A stretch of DNA of 20,720 bases, from NCBI GenBank assembly GCA_044356455.1, contig JBIKWF010000078.1, positions 1 to 20,720 on the forward strand, given 5' to 3'. The notes under the pieces were generated by a model. The model searched no databases. It saw only the letters and a list, made by a program, of their open reading frames with translations, and had not been told where the DNA came from. The translations under genes and the position numbers were made by a program. How positions within the stretch are numbered: position 1 is the first letter of the stretch; the number at the start of each line of letters is the position of its first letter. Origin of the DNA: Bdellovibrionota bacterium. GTDB lineage: Bacteria; Bdellovibrionota_C; UBA2361; JBGSMV01. Shown piece after piece: positions 9,371-18,547 of this stretch.

Positions 9371-10361
9371 GATTCTGTCCTTTAAGAGAGGAATCTGTAG
9401 AGGGGGCAATGGTCCTCTTCTTGCGTTCTTGCCAAAGAACGATGCCCCCAAAAAGAGCGAGCACATAGGATTTGAGCCTAAGCACAAGTGCAACTCCTAT
9501 TGCTTGCGCCGGAGTCGCGCCAACCCCTTGAAGAAAATAGAAGAAGGCTCCCTCTTGAATTCCTAGTCCGCTAGGAGCGAGTGGCAAGGCCCCTATGAGT
9601 AAGATAAGAGGCAAAACAACAAAGAGATCTCCCGCGGGAACCCCTTCCCAGCCGATTGCCCAAGCGGCAGCAATGGTGTTGAGCACCGTAAAACAATGAA
9701 AGAGCAAAGAGAGTCCAAAAGCTTTGATGAGTAATGCCTTATTCTTTCGGGCTAGATGGAGGGCTTCTTGTACCCGAGTGAGATGGGCCGAGATCTTGGA
9801 CCCACCTGGAAGTGAGTGCACAAACGCTACGACGTGCGGGCTGAGTGCAAGAACCGTTAGCCCCACAAGCCCCACTGCCACAGCAATGACCGCGACCTCT
9901 ATCTTCCCTGTCACTAACACCGACGCCGGCATGACGAGCAGAGCAAGTAGCACCATCGCTACCAGTCCCGTATAGCGCTCAAGAATCGTCGCAGCCGCGG
10001 CCCCGTGCTGCCCTACCGACTTACCCGCATAGTAACTCCGCACGGCGTCGCCCCCCACAAAGGAAGGAAGCAGTAAGTTTACAAAGTAGCCCACCAAGTA
10101 AAGGCCAAATAGCCGAGCAGGACTGGGAGCTACGCCATCGGCAGAGAGCTCCCTAAGAAACAACCTCCACTTAAGGGCACTTATCAAGATGAGCGGAATT
10201 GAAATGAGAAGGAGTACCGTAAAGGCAAAAAAGGTCACCTCTTTGAGGGCTGCAAGAACTTCATGCACTCCCGCAAAGTAGACAAGCACACCGATAAGAC
10301 AGGCAGCAAGAAGCCCCCGTACCATTGACCACAATCTTCGCATCTTCAAAAACGGTCCCAT
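9348..10361 (-). CDS. Lysylphosphatidylglycerol synthase TM / UPF0104 flippase-like membrane protein
   Basis: Multiple TM helices; KWRLFL, GYFVNLLLPSFVGGDAVR, ER, LPLAPSGLGIQEG and LVLR motifs. Confidence 0.9.
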   Translation of the reverse strand: MGPFLKMRRLWSMVRGLLAACLIGVLVYFAGVHEVLAALKEVTFFAFTVLLLISIPLILISALKWRLFLRELSADGVAPSPARLFGLYLVGYFVNLLLPSFVGGDAVRSYYAGKSVGQHGAAAATILERYTGLVAMVLLALLVMPASVLVTGKIEVAVIAVAVGLVGLTVLALSPHVVAFVHSLPGGSKISAHLTRVQEALHLARKNKALLIKAFGLSLLFHCFTVLNTIAAAWAIGWEGVPAGDLFVVLPLILLIGALPLAPSGLGIQEGAFFYFLQGVGATPAQAIGVALVLRLKSYVLALFGGIVLWQERKKRTIAPSTDSSLKGQNPSASSPS

Positions 10362-10414
10362 GGGTTAGAGGAAGAAGCAACTCCCCCAAAGCAAGTCTGC
10401 GGTGAGGCTGGTAT

Positions 10415-10430
10415 TGTTATAAGCATAACA
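10415..10430. promoter_or_regulatory. Palindromic operator-like site in a divergent promoter region
   Basis: Perfect TGTTAT-AAGC-ATAACA inverted repeat in an AT-rich divergent intergenic region. Confidence 0.35.
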
Positions 10431-10529
10431 CTATTTGTTACTATCTATTTACTTCGTCACTTTTCTGGCCACTCCCGGCCTTTTCTCGTATCTGCACAGG
10501 ACTAACACTCATGAATTATTTTCAGGCTT

Positions 10530-11522
10530 ATGTCTCTCCCCACCCTTTCTACCGCAGCGCTTCAAGGTTCCGCAGTGAGCACTCCCCCCAACGCGTCTAC
10601 TTCCCCAGTTCGAACGTTTTCTCTCCCCTTCCGCGCTACCCATGAGCGAGTCTCGCTTCGCGGGGCGGAGATGCGAGATCTGCCAGCGGTGATCGCGCAC
10701 CTCTCCCGAAGTCGAGAGCTTAGCTTTTGCCCTCGTTGGGAGGCTGAAAAAATTCGAGAGATGCTCGGCCACCGAGCACCTATCGTAATTGCAGAGGATC
10801 AAGGGCAGATTGTTGGCATAGGAACCGCCGGGATTCACGGCATGCGCGGCATCATCCATAATCTTTCAGTCGATACGGCGCACCAAAACAGCGGAATCGA
10901 CAGAGCGATAGTACGCGAACTTATCGGACAGCTCCTGGACCGAGGGATACGTAGAATCCATACCTTCGTGAATAACGTAGACGAAGATACAAGGGCATTC
11001 TTTGGGGATTTTGGCTTTCGCCCCCAAGACGGAGAACGATTACTGCAACGTGACCTCGTCTCGCCCTTCGATAAAGACCTCGCGCCTCTCGCACCTCCCG
11101 CTGGCCTCACGCTACGAAAGGCGACCCTGGCTGACCTATCGCCCCTATTGAAAACTTTGGAACCAGTTCCCGAGCTGGCCTTTCAGGCGTGGGAGGAGAC
11201 CTTGCTGCGAGAGCAGCTTCTCTCCCCGAATGGCTCAATATTTTTAGTGGCAACGAATTCTTCAGGCGACTACGTGGGAGCCCTTATCGGAGGTCACCAT
11301 GGACTTCGAGGAACTATCAATCACCTATGGGCTGCAGAAAACGTTAGGAGATGCGGCATCGGAAGGCTGCTTCTCAACCACTCCCTGCATGATTTTGAAA
11401 AAGCCAATGTGAAACGCCTCCACATCATGCTGACCTCTGGCAACGAGAAAGGATACGCATTTTGGTCGAAAGTTCATTTTCAAGAGATACCAGGAGAAAC
11501 TTTTCTTGAGGTAGATGTATGA
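10530..11522 (+). CDS. Tandem two-domain GNAT N-acetyltransferase
   Basis: Two related halves: GIHGMRGIIHNLSV..HQNSGID and GHHGLRGTINHLWA..RRCGIGR, each with a motif-A-like segment. Confidence 0.85.
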   Translation: MSLPTLSTAALQGSAVSTPPNASTSPVRTFSLPFRATHERVSLRGAEMRDLPAVIAHLSRSRELSFCPRWEAEKIREMLGHRAPIVIAEDQGQIVGIGTAGIHGMRGIIHNLSVDTAHQNSGIDRAIVRELIGQLLDRGIRRIHTFVNNVDEDTRAFFGDFGFRPQDGERLLQRDLVSPFDKDLAPLAPPAGLTLRKATLADLSPLLKTLEPVPELAFQAWEETLLREQLLSPNGSIFLVATNSSGDYVGALIGGHHGLRGTINHLWAAENVRRCGIGRLLLNHSLHDFEKANVKRLHIMLTSGNEKGYAFWSKVHFQEIPGETFLEVDV

Positions 11523-12211
11523 CCGCTCTCGCTGTTCCTTCGTCAAGAACCCTATCTGAAGTCTTGCGCGAGTACCGCGCTCACGCACACCCGATCCTGC
11601 CCGTACCCGGCACGTGGATTCCCCTTGATCTCTCATCAAAGAATGAGAGTCTCCAAAAACTAGGGATCTTTAATACCACGGCCCTTACGAGCTACCTCTT
11701 TAGCGAGATTTCCTCGCGCGGCGGGAGCGTCGGATACGGGGGCTACAACGAAGAGAGATCTTGGTATCAACGCTCAAAGGCTTTCACCGACAACGAAGAA
11801 CCCCGCACCATTCACCTTGGAATAGATCTTTGGTGCCAAATGCGAACCCCGTGCTACGCACCTTTGGATGGCGTCGTGCATAGCTTTGCCGATAACGCAG
11901 CGTTTGGAGACTATGGCCCTACGATTATTCTTCAGCACTGCCTCGAAGATCAGCGCTTCTACACGCTTTATGGGCACCTGACCCAAGAATCTCTTGAAGG
12001 CGTCACCCAAGGAATGCGCATTCGCGGCGGACAACAGATCGGCTCGGTCGGCTCCCCCCCTACCAATGGAGACTGGCCGCCGCACCTGCATTTCCAGATA
12101 ATTTCAAATATGCTCGGACTCGTAGGTGATTTTCCCGGAGTCGCCGCGCGCTCTCGGCGCGACTATTTTCTTAGCCTGTGCCCGGACCCAAGTGTGCTGA
12201 TTGTGCGTTAA
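11519..12211 (+). CDS. M23 family metallopeptidase, no obvious signal peptide
   Basis: HLGID and HLHF zinc motifs, YTLYGHL, DYGPTIILQH, NGDWPPHLHFQ; ATGA overlap with the GNAT gene. Confidence 0.9.
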   Translation: MTALAVPSSRTLSEVLREYRAHAHPILPVPGTWIPLDLSSKNESLQKLGIFNTTALTSYLFSEISSRGGSVGYGGYNEERSWYQRSKAFTDNEEPRTIHLGIDLWCQMRTPCYAPLDGVVHSFADNAAFGDYGPTIILQHCLEDQRFYTLYGHLTQESLEGVTQGMRIRGGQQIGSVGSPPTNGDWPPHLHFQIISNMLGLVGDFPGVAARSRRDYFLSLCPDPSVLIVR

Positions 12212-12314
12212 GAGTCTGGGCAATCGGGAGAATGCCTGTTATACGCCTGTATACTTGCCAAAGGAATGAACGCGCAGCTTCGTATAACTTAGGAAACCTC
12301 TCACAGGACACGCT

Positions 12315-12656
12315 ATGAAAAACTTGGCACTACTCCTTACCACTCTCCTTGCTGTTTCCACCCCGCTCACGTCTCAGGCCGATGATTTCCGCTGCCCGGG
12401 GTCGAAACAAATCGTATCCGAGGGCATGAACCCCTACGAAGTGGAGTCAAAGTGCGGGGCTCCCTCCGGACGCCACACGATCAATCAGACGCGCAAGCTT
12501 GATGACGGCACTTCGGTCACGGAACCTATTGGCGAAGAATGGACCTATGATTTTGGTCCCCAACAATTTCTTAGAAAGCTGCGCTTTGAAAATGGCGTAC
12601 TCACCAAAGTGACGACCGCCGGCAAGGGAACCGCGGCGGGGGCTTCCTCCAAGTAG
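12315..12656 (+). CDS. Secreted DUF2845-like protein
   Basis: Signal peptide ending SQA; FRC...IVSEG...EVESKCGAP...EEWTYDFGPQQF...LRFENGVL pattern. Confidence 0.8.
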   Translation: MKNLALLLTTLLAVSTPLTSQADDFRCPGSKQIVSEGMNPYEVESKCGAPSGRHTINQTRKLDDGTSVTEPIGEEWTYDFGPQQFLRKLRFENGVLTKVTTAGKGTAAGASSK

Positions 12657-12819
12657 AAGCTCACGGGAACGTCGGCTTCCGCAGTCTCCGCCCCCCTAAT
12701 TCTTCGCGGAGAGGCGATACATTTCCCTCGCCGCCCTTGCTCGGAAGGCAAAGCGTGCTTTTTAAGAGGTTCTCTGGCTTCATCACACGACAGCAAAAAG
12801 CACATAAGGACGCCTCCCG

Positions 12820-13710
12820 ATGTTTCTGCGAAAGCTCTTTAAAATCCTTGGCATACTTTTTATTCTTCTGATCATAGGAGGATTCTTCGCCTACCGCGCA
12901 ATTCAAGGCGCCGTCTCCAATAAAATCATCGCTGCTATGGCTGAGAAGGCTCGTAAGGATGGTAAAGGGCTCTCCGCAACAAAGGCCCTGGTGTATCCCA
13001 TTGGAATTTACTTTGAGAATCTATCCCTTGTTCCTCGCCCTTCCCCCGATGCTGTTTCTTTTCTTCTCGATACACTAGATCTTAGGCTTTCTCTCTTTGA
13101 ATCGAGCCGGGAGCGCCTCTCGGGTTCCGTTGATGCAACGCTTTACCAGGGAACCTTCCACGCAAAGTTTTTCTTCGATCGCAATAAAGAGGGACTGCGC
13201 TTACAGGGGGAACTCACAAACTTTAACCTCGCGAGCTATCCTCAGGCGAAGCAAAACGGTATTGAGACTGGCCGCGTGAGCGTATCGTCCCCAGAAATCC
13301 TGCTCGAACAAACGGGTCTCACGAATGGTCGCATGACGCTCAAAATAGACGGCGTTAAGAAATCTACGCCGACCGTTATTAATAAAGATCTCACGCTTTC
13401 CTCGTTTGAGGTAGCTAGCGGTGACGTTACTCTAGAGGTGACAGCTGCCTCTTATGAAGTAACAAATTTCAGACTCAAGAGCGACTTAGGTACCCTCCAA
13501 GCCTCGCGGCTTACCATAGAACGCATGCCCCTTGGTTCGAGTACTCCCATCTCAGGCAAGGTTGAAATCACTCTGTCTGAGCGCGGCAGTCGTGAGCTTA
13601 GTGGGTGGCTAAAAAGCCTCTTCCCTGATGACCCATTTTCTCCTCATTTTTCAATTGAATATGCAGGAACGGCTGAAGAACCGACGCTAAAGATGAAAGC
13701 GCTCAATTGA
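12820..13710 (+). CDS. Membrane-anchored beta-rich protein, GspN-like (AsmA-like fold)
   Basis: Single N-terminal TM followed by beta-rich sequence (PIGIYFENLSL, LDLRLSLF, ATLYQG), reminiscent of deltaproteobacterial T2SS protein N. Confidence 0.45.
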   Translation: MFLRKLFKILGILFILLIIGGFFAYRAIQGAVSNKIIAAMAEKARKDGKGLSATKALVYPIGIYFENLSLVPRPSPDAVSFLLDTLDLRLSLFESSRERLSGSVDATLYQGTFHAKFFFDRNKEGLRLQGELTNFNLASYPQAKQNGIETGRVSVSSPEILLEQTGLTNGRMTLKIDGVKKSTPTVINKDLTLSSFEVASGDVTLEVTAASYEVTNFRLKSDLGTLQASRLTIERMPLGSSTPISGKVEITLSERGSRELSGWLKSLFPDDPFSPHFSIEYAGTAEEPTLKMKALN

Positions 13711-13947
13711 GTGTGCTTCAACCTCCGCTACCTTTAGCAAAGCACTCAACTATTTCGCCCGCACCTCCAGGCAGCCTTTCCATACTAAAAAGCAGCTAAT
13801 GAAAGGCAGATTGGTTTACTAGCTCCACGGGCAGGAAGATACTGTCCCTACAATCTAGTTGGGTAGACGTCTCTCTTGAGCGCTCGTGTTACGAGTGCAG
13901 GGAACATTGGGTTCCTTCGGTTCATCACTCTTTTCAATGGAGGTTTT

Positions 13948-14217
13948 GTGAAAGGCTCCGACCAAATCGGGGAAGAAGAACTTCTACGTCTCTGTGTCGC
14001 TCAAGAAAAGCGAATGAGGCAGGAAACTCTCGTACGGCGGATGCGGCTGATGATGGCGCTCATTGTGCTGACCATGATTGGTTCAGCGCTTGCGCCAAAG
14101 CCCTGGTGCCTAGCCGTACTGCTCCTCATGCTCGCAGAAATTGCGATCTTCGGGGGAATCGCTGTGCATGGTGTTGAAATGCGAGCTCGACTCACCAAGC
14201 GCCAAAACCGCTCGTGA
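13948..14217 (+). CDS. Small two-TM hypothetical membrane protein; ORF track start is 13876
   Basis: GGAGG at 13939-13943 precedes an in-frame GTG at 13948; two hydrophobic helices. Confidence 0.55.
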   Translation: MKGSDQIGEEELLRLCVAQEKRMRQETLVRRMRLMMALIVLTMIGSALAPKPWCLAVLLLMLAEIAIFGGIAVHGVEMRARLTKRQNRS

Positions 14218-14287
14218 TATCGCACGGTCATGCTTCTTGAATTCCTTCCGAGGAGAAATAACTTGCTATGAGAAAGGAAACTTTACT

Positions 14288-14347
14288 CGAGTGCCGGCGC
14301 TTTCGGATGCCTAAAAGGATTTATGCAACCCAAAGCGCCCGCACTCG
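14288..14347. repeat. Long stem-loop between convergent genes (REP-like or bidirectional terminator)
   Basis: Arms CGAGTGCCGGCGCTTT and AAAGCGCCCGCACTCG pair at 15 of 16 positions, with further inner pairing. Confidence 0.65.
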
Positions 14348-14361
14348 CAACATGACTAATC

Positions 14362-15225
14362 CTAGGCAACAGCCTCCGCAGTGATTACCGCATCAATCTG
14401 CTGAGTAGGCTCTTGGAGCCTCACTCTTGCGGCAAGGACTGCGGCTGACGCAATAGCGACCGGTGGAACAAAAAGGAGCGAGAACGGAATGAAGCTCACC
14501 ACCATGATGAGAGTCCCGAACCAAAGATAGGTATAGAGTCTAGAAAAAGCCCGTCCACAGCGCGTAGAGAAAGAGACGTCGAGCACCTCGTAGCACGGGT
14601 CAAAGCACTGAATCGCGACGGCCCAGCCCATAAGAAGAAATCCAATCGGCGCCAACACTCCAGTCAGTGAACAGATAAAAGCAATTGCCAGTATGGGCAA
14701 GATAAAGAGAAGAACGAGAATTGCTCGGCCGAAGGAGAGCACGTTAAATACGATTAAGCGTGTCATTCCATACTCGTCGCGAGCGAGAGCCACCCCCTTC
14801 TCGCGGAGTACTGCTGCTGCAATCTCGTCCTGAAAAAATGCAAACAGCATCAAAATTAGACACAGAGACCAGAGCGTAAGAAAACCATACAAGGCGAGGC
14901 CGACTGCCCAAGAAATTAGAGCATGAAACATGGAGCTTCCACTCCCAAGTGTCATCTCCGCTGCGGCAGTGAAAAGCGGATGAATATAGAAAGCCCCAAT
15001 CAGAAACACGACCACTGCAATTGCCATTCCGACGAGCCAGGGCAAAAGAACTATTTTTCTGACTTTAGCGTTAAGCACGCAAAGGGTGAGGCCCTCCCAA
15101 AAACTTGCAAGCGCAGCCTTAGGCGCATCGAGAAGTGAAGGTATTGTTCGAGGAGCGGTATTCGTTGAAGCTTCCATTGTCATTGTAATCACCAAATAAA
15201 AGCGCCACTGGTTCGTAACGCTCAC
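14362..15225 (-). CDS. EI24/CysZ-like membrane protein; likely start ATG 15183 or 15177
   Basis: Multi-TM layout (FWEGL...LLPW, F.DEIA..V, SFIPF...PPVA) characteristic of EI24/CysZ. Confidence 0.65.
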   Translation of the reverse strand: MSVTNQWRFYLVITMTMEASTNTAPRTIPSLLDAPKAALASFWEGLTLCVLNAKVRKIVLLPWLVGMAIAVVVFLIGAFYIHPLFTAAAEMTLGSGSSMFHALISWAVGLALYGFLTLWSLCLILMLFAFFQDEIAAAVLREKGVALARDEYGMTRLIVFNVLSFGRAILVLLFILPILAIAFICSLTGVLAPIGFLLMGWAVAIQCFDPCYEVLDVSFSTRCGRAFSRLYTYLWFGTLIMVVSFIPFSLLFVPPVAIASAAVLAARVRLQEPTQQIDAVITAEAVA

Positions 15226-15373
15226 CCCCCCGGAACCAATCGCAAGTTTCTCGGGTGTTATGTGTAGACACGCAGGAGTGATGCACTAGCAGCAGTGCCT
15301 CAAAGCCGTGACACCCTAGTGGCCGGACCCGCGCCTCGCAAGTGACTAGAATTACTAAAGAAACCCCGTCGCC

Positions 15374-15961
15374 CTAAAGCCCAACCGGCGCACCTTGCTG
15401 CCACGTTCGTATCGAGTCGAGGGGTGAAACAAGCATAATGATATTAATGGCAAGACTATCCCGAATCGTCGCAAGAAGAACGACTTCTATCACGAAGAAA
15501 AGAGCGAGGCTCACCTTCCACGGGAGCTTCGTCGCTAAGTAGAATCCCAAAAGGCAACATGCCACATCAGCAACAGAGTTAGTTACACTATCCCCAAAAT
15601 AGTTAAGCGAAATGGTGGCTGCTCGATATCGATCGATGATGAAACTGGTATTTTCAAGTATTTCCCACCCCGCCTCAAGCAACGTGGCAAGAACCATCCT
15701 CGTACCAATCGAATACTTACGCGCGGCAAAATAAAGCAACGCAAAAAAAATCAGTCCATGGGTAACGTGGGTGAAAGAATAGGCATCAATTACATGTTGG
15801 GAGTTGTGTCTACTGATGGTCTCCCAGGTCCATGGGACATACTGCGCGCAGGCACACCACCACGGCTGACCAAAGAACCTGAGCACAAGAACCATGACCA
15901 ACACGATGAGAGCACACCAGCGCGTGCTGGAAAGTCTAAGCGCCACTGTTTGGAAACTCAT
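15374..15961 (-). CDS. DUF2585 (UPF0314) membrane protein
   Basis: WWCAC, HNSQHVIDAYSFTHVTHG, EAGWEILENT..IIDRYR, YFGDSVTNS, IRDSL..NIIML; ATG at 15961 overlaps the alr stop (ATGA). Confidence 0.88.
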   Translation of the reverse strand: MSFQTVALRLSSTRWCALIVLVMVLVLRFFGQPWWCACAQYVPWTWETISRHNSQHVIDAYSFTHVTHGLIFFALLYFAARKYSIGTRMVLATLLEAGWEILENTSFIIDRYRAATISLNYFGDSVTNSVADVACCLLGFYLATKLPWKVSLALFFVIEVVLLATIRDSLAINIIMLVSPLDSIRTWQQGAPVGL

Positions 15962-17142
15962 TGAGGGCACTCCTCTGCCACTACGACGCCACTTCGCAGG
16001 TAACGCCGAGGAATACGCAGATTAAGATCGGTGAGAACCTCGTATGGAATTGTTCCTGCATGCGCCGCAAGATCCTCTACCGTGACTTTTTCACCCCCTT
16101 GGGAGCCCACGAGAACAACCTCGTCCCCATTGTAGGCTTCTCCCTTACCGAGTGAGACCATTATCTGGTCCATACATACTCGGCCAACTACCGGATAACG
16201 TTTCCCGTGGATTATCACTTCTGCTTTATTAGAAAGCGCCCGCGAATACCCATCGCCGTAGCCCACAGGCACCGTGACTACGCGTGAATCCTCTTTGGCA
16301 AACCATGTCCTTCCATAGCTCACGCTTTCTCCTGCACGAACCACCTTAAAATAGACTACCCGTGAAGAGACTTTCATCACCGGTTTAACCAGCTTAGCAA
16401 CCGCAGAGTTAAGGTGCTCGGAGGGAGAGACTCCAAAAAGAGAAATGCCGCAGCGCACCATGTCCAGATGGCTCTCGGGAAGCTGCAAAAGGGCGCCAGA
16501 ATTCGCCGCGTGTCGTAAGGGAAGAGGCTTACCCTTTTCCTGGAAATAAGAGAGGCAGTCGGTAAAGTCTTTTAGTTGCTTACGCGTAAAGGTGAGATCC
16601 TCTTCATCTGCCGTGGCGAAATGTGTAAATACCCCCACAAGATCGCAGTGCGCCGAGGCGTGGGCCGCCTCAAATACGGCAGGAGCCGAAGAAGGACGCA
16701 CGCCAATTCTCCCCATACCGGTATCAATCTTTATGTGAATCCGGGCCCTCTTCCCCAAAGCCTTGGCCGCGCCTTCTATGAGACCGAGCTTTTCAACGGA
16801 AGAGGCGGTGAGATCTAAGTCATGCTCAAGATAGATACCAACTTGGTCAGTAAAAATCCCCCCGAATATTAGAATCGGTGCTTTGATTCCTGCTTGGCGA
16901 AGCCGCACGCCCTCTTCAACAAGAGCTACCCCGAAGTAATCAACTCCACTTTCACGTTCCAGTGCCCGGGCACATTCGATGAGACCATGCCCGTAGGCGT
17001 TTGCCTTCACTACGGCCATAACTTTTGACTGCCCTGCGCGCCTCTTCAGTGCTCGGTAGTTTTCCACCAAGACTCCGAGATCAATCTCCATGAACGTCGG
17101 CCGAAGGGGCACTCGCGAGCTTTCCATTCCGTTAGGCTCCAA
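15958..17142 (-). CDS. alr: Alanine racemase; start may be ATG 17127
   Basis: AVVKANAYGHG (PLP lysine), KIDTGMGRIG, THFATAD, ANS, VSYG, GYGDG, GRVCMDQ, TIPYE. Confidence 0.97.
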   Translation of the reverse strand: MEPNGMESSRVPLRPTFMEIDLGVLVENYRALKRRAGQSKVMAVVKANAYGHGLIECARALERESGVDYFGVALVEEGVRLRQAGIKAPILIFGGIFTDQVGIYLEHDLDLTASSVEKLGLIEGAAKALGKRARIHIKIDTGMGRIGVRPSSAPAVFEAAHASAHCDLVGVFTHFATADEEDLTFTRKQLKDFTDCLSYFQEKGKPLPLRHAANSGALLQLPESHLDMVRCGISLFGVSPSEHLNSAVAKLVKPVMKVSSRVVYFKVVRAGESVSYGRTWFAKEDSRVVTVPVGYGDGYSRALSNKAEVIIHGKRYPVVGRVCMDQIMVSLGKGEAYNGDEVVLVGSQGGEKVTVEDLAAHAGTIPYEVLTDLNLRIPRRYLRSGVVVAEECPQ

Positions 17143-17254
17143 CTTTCACCACTAGATATTCACCTTTCTGAACATTTCCCTTTTGGTCAAACTTCGAAAG
17201 CATTCGAATAGGGCCCTCGCAGAGTACCATTTTGACTACCCGAGCCGGAAGCCC

Positions 17255-18523
17255 TTACCCTGCGTAGGAAAGTCGCAGGACCCGCTTCATTTCAGCGAGC
17301 GTGGAGTCAGGCACAATAAGCTTTGCGGCGGGCGATTGCAGCTTTTGCAAAGCCTCTCTCAAAACGGGTCCATATTTTGCCTTTAGCTTTTGTTTCTTTT
17401 GGCCCTCCAGCAAGTTGTCAATCGCCAGAGCATTCTCAGAGAAATCGGCCATTTTAATTGCAAATGCTTCTACGTCTGCTTCGTATATCTCGAAGAAATG
17501 TTCCTTGTAGAGAACATTTTTTATATCGCTTGCGCTTCGAGCGTCCCCTGCTTCCTTAAGCCTCGCTGCTTCCGCATCAAAATCAGGATTGGTAAGGAGC
17601 CCAACGAGACTGCGCACTTTTTTCCCGAATCTCCCCTCCAGCGCATCGAGAGCTTTTGTCTGAAGGTTGCCCTCCACGGCGAGAGCGCCCCCAAGAATGC
17701 CCACAAGAGTTACCGCTTGATCCTCCACGGTATCGTGCAGGAAGGCCGCACAGATGGCAAAGGGATCCCGGATTCCAAATTTCTCGATGGCTGCTATTGC
17801 CACTCGCAAAGGATGATTCACGTACGGCTCACCGTCGGGACGCGGCTCCTGATACGCATGCAATGCAAGCATGAGCTCAAGAGCGCCATCAATTCTCTCG
17901 CGATGCGAAGCGTCCAAGGAAAGCTGATCGAGTAAGAGAGTAAAGCGGTTTATGAGATGCGGAGAAGCGTTTCGCTGCCCCTCAGCACGGCGCTCAGAAT
18001 AGTCCTCGGAGATACTTGCTCCAACCAAGTTCGCGCCGCCTACACGCACTGACCTATCGATAGTCGCCGCGCTTTCGCCATTAAATCTCTCAAAATCCTC
18101 GCGCGAATTGAACCATATCGCTGTCCAATAGCGAGTTTCCCCTGCGGCCCTGAGCGCGGCATAGCGATGATTCCCATCCGCAAGGCCGAGCTCTCCGTCC
18201 TTGTACTCGGCCACCAGCGGTGGGACCTTCAGCCCCTGCCGCAACTTTGAAGCTAGGTTTTCGACACGCGCTTTCCACCCGTCTTCTTCTTCATGGAATT
18301 TGAGTCCCGGCCCACAGAGCGGGATAAGGGAATTAAGCTCAACCTCCTGAGGAGCTATCCACCAACGACGGGCAAGCTTAAGCCCATCGGCAAGAGCAAG
18401 GTTATTCCCCGGCCCTCGCAGATACGCATCTAACCACGCGTCAAAGGTCCCCCGGCCACCTCGCTCGAGCGCTTCTTCTAATGAAAAGGATAGTGGAAGC
18501 GCGGCCGCATGGACTTGTGACAT
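17255..18523 (-). CDS. Fusion of a ParB/Srx-like N-terminal domain and a RelA/SpoT-type (Mesh1/SAH-like) HD domain
   Basis: N-terminal VPPLVAEY...LADGNHRYAAL; C-terminal H..Q..RPDGEPYVNHPLRVA...AAFLHDTVED...LT...IKMADFSEN. Confidence 0.8.
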   Translation of the reverse strand: MSQVHAAALPLSFSLEEALERGGRGTFDAWLDAYLRGPGNNLALADGLKLARRWWIAPQEVELNSLIPLCGPGLKFHEEEDGWKARVENLASKLRQGLKVPPLVAEYKDGELGLADGNHRYAALRAAGETRYWTAIWFNSREDFERFNGESAATIDRSVRVGGANLVGASISEDYSERRAEGQRNASPHLINRFTLLLDQLSLDASHRERIDGALELMLALHAYQEPRPDGEPYVNHPLRVAIAAIEKFGIRDPFAICAAFLHDTVEDQAVTLVGILGGALAVEGNLQTKALDALEGRFGKKVRSLVGLLTNPDFDAEAARLKEAGDARSASDIKNVLYKEHFFEIYEADVEAFAIKMADFSENALAIDNLLEGQKKQKLKAKYGPVLREALQKLQSPAAKLIVPDSTLAEMKRVLRLSYAG

Positions 18524-18547
18524 TTCTATCCTCTTCCTAAGCGAATA

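Noticed and set aside
12234..12254. Direct repeat GCCTGT(T)ATAC x2 upstream of DUF2845
   Set aside because: Short and imperfect; the nearby TTGCCA and TATAAC are too far apart for a sigma70 promoter.
18361..18410. GAATAAC plus hairpin inside the ParB-HD gene as a fourth attC
   Set aside because: Lies within coding sequence, lacks proper L-box geometry, and does not match GTTATTA.
17255..18523. True chromosome-partition ParB or full RelA/SpoT
   Set aside because: No HTH, no parA, and no synthetase, TGS or ACT domains.
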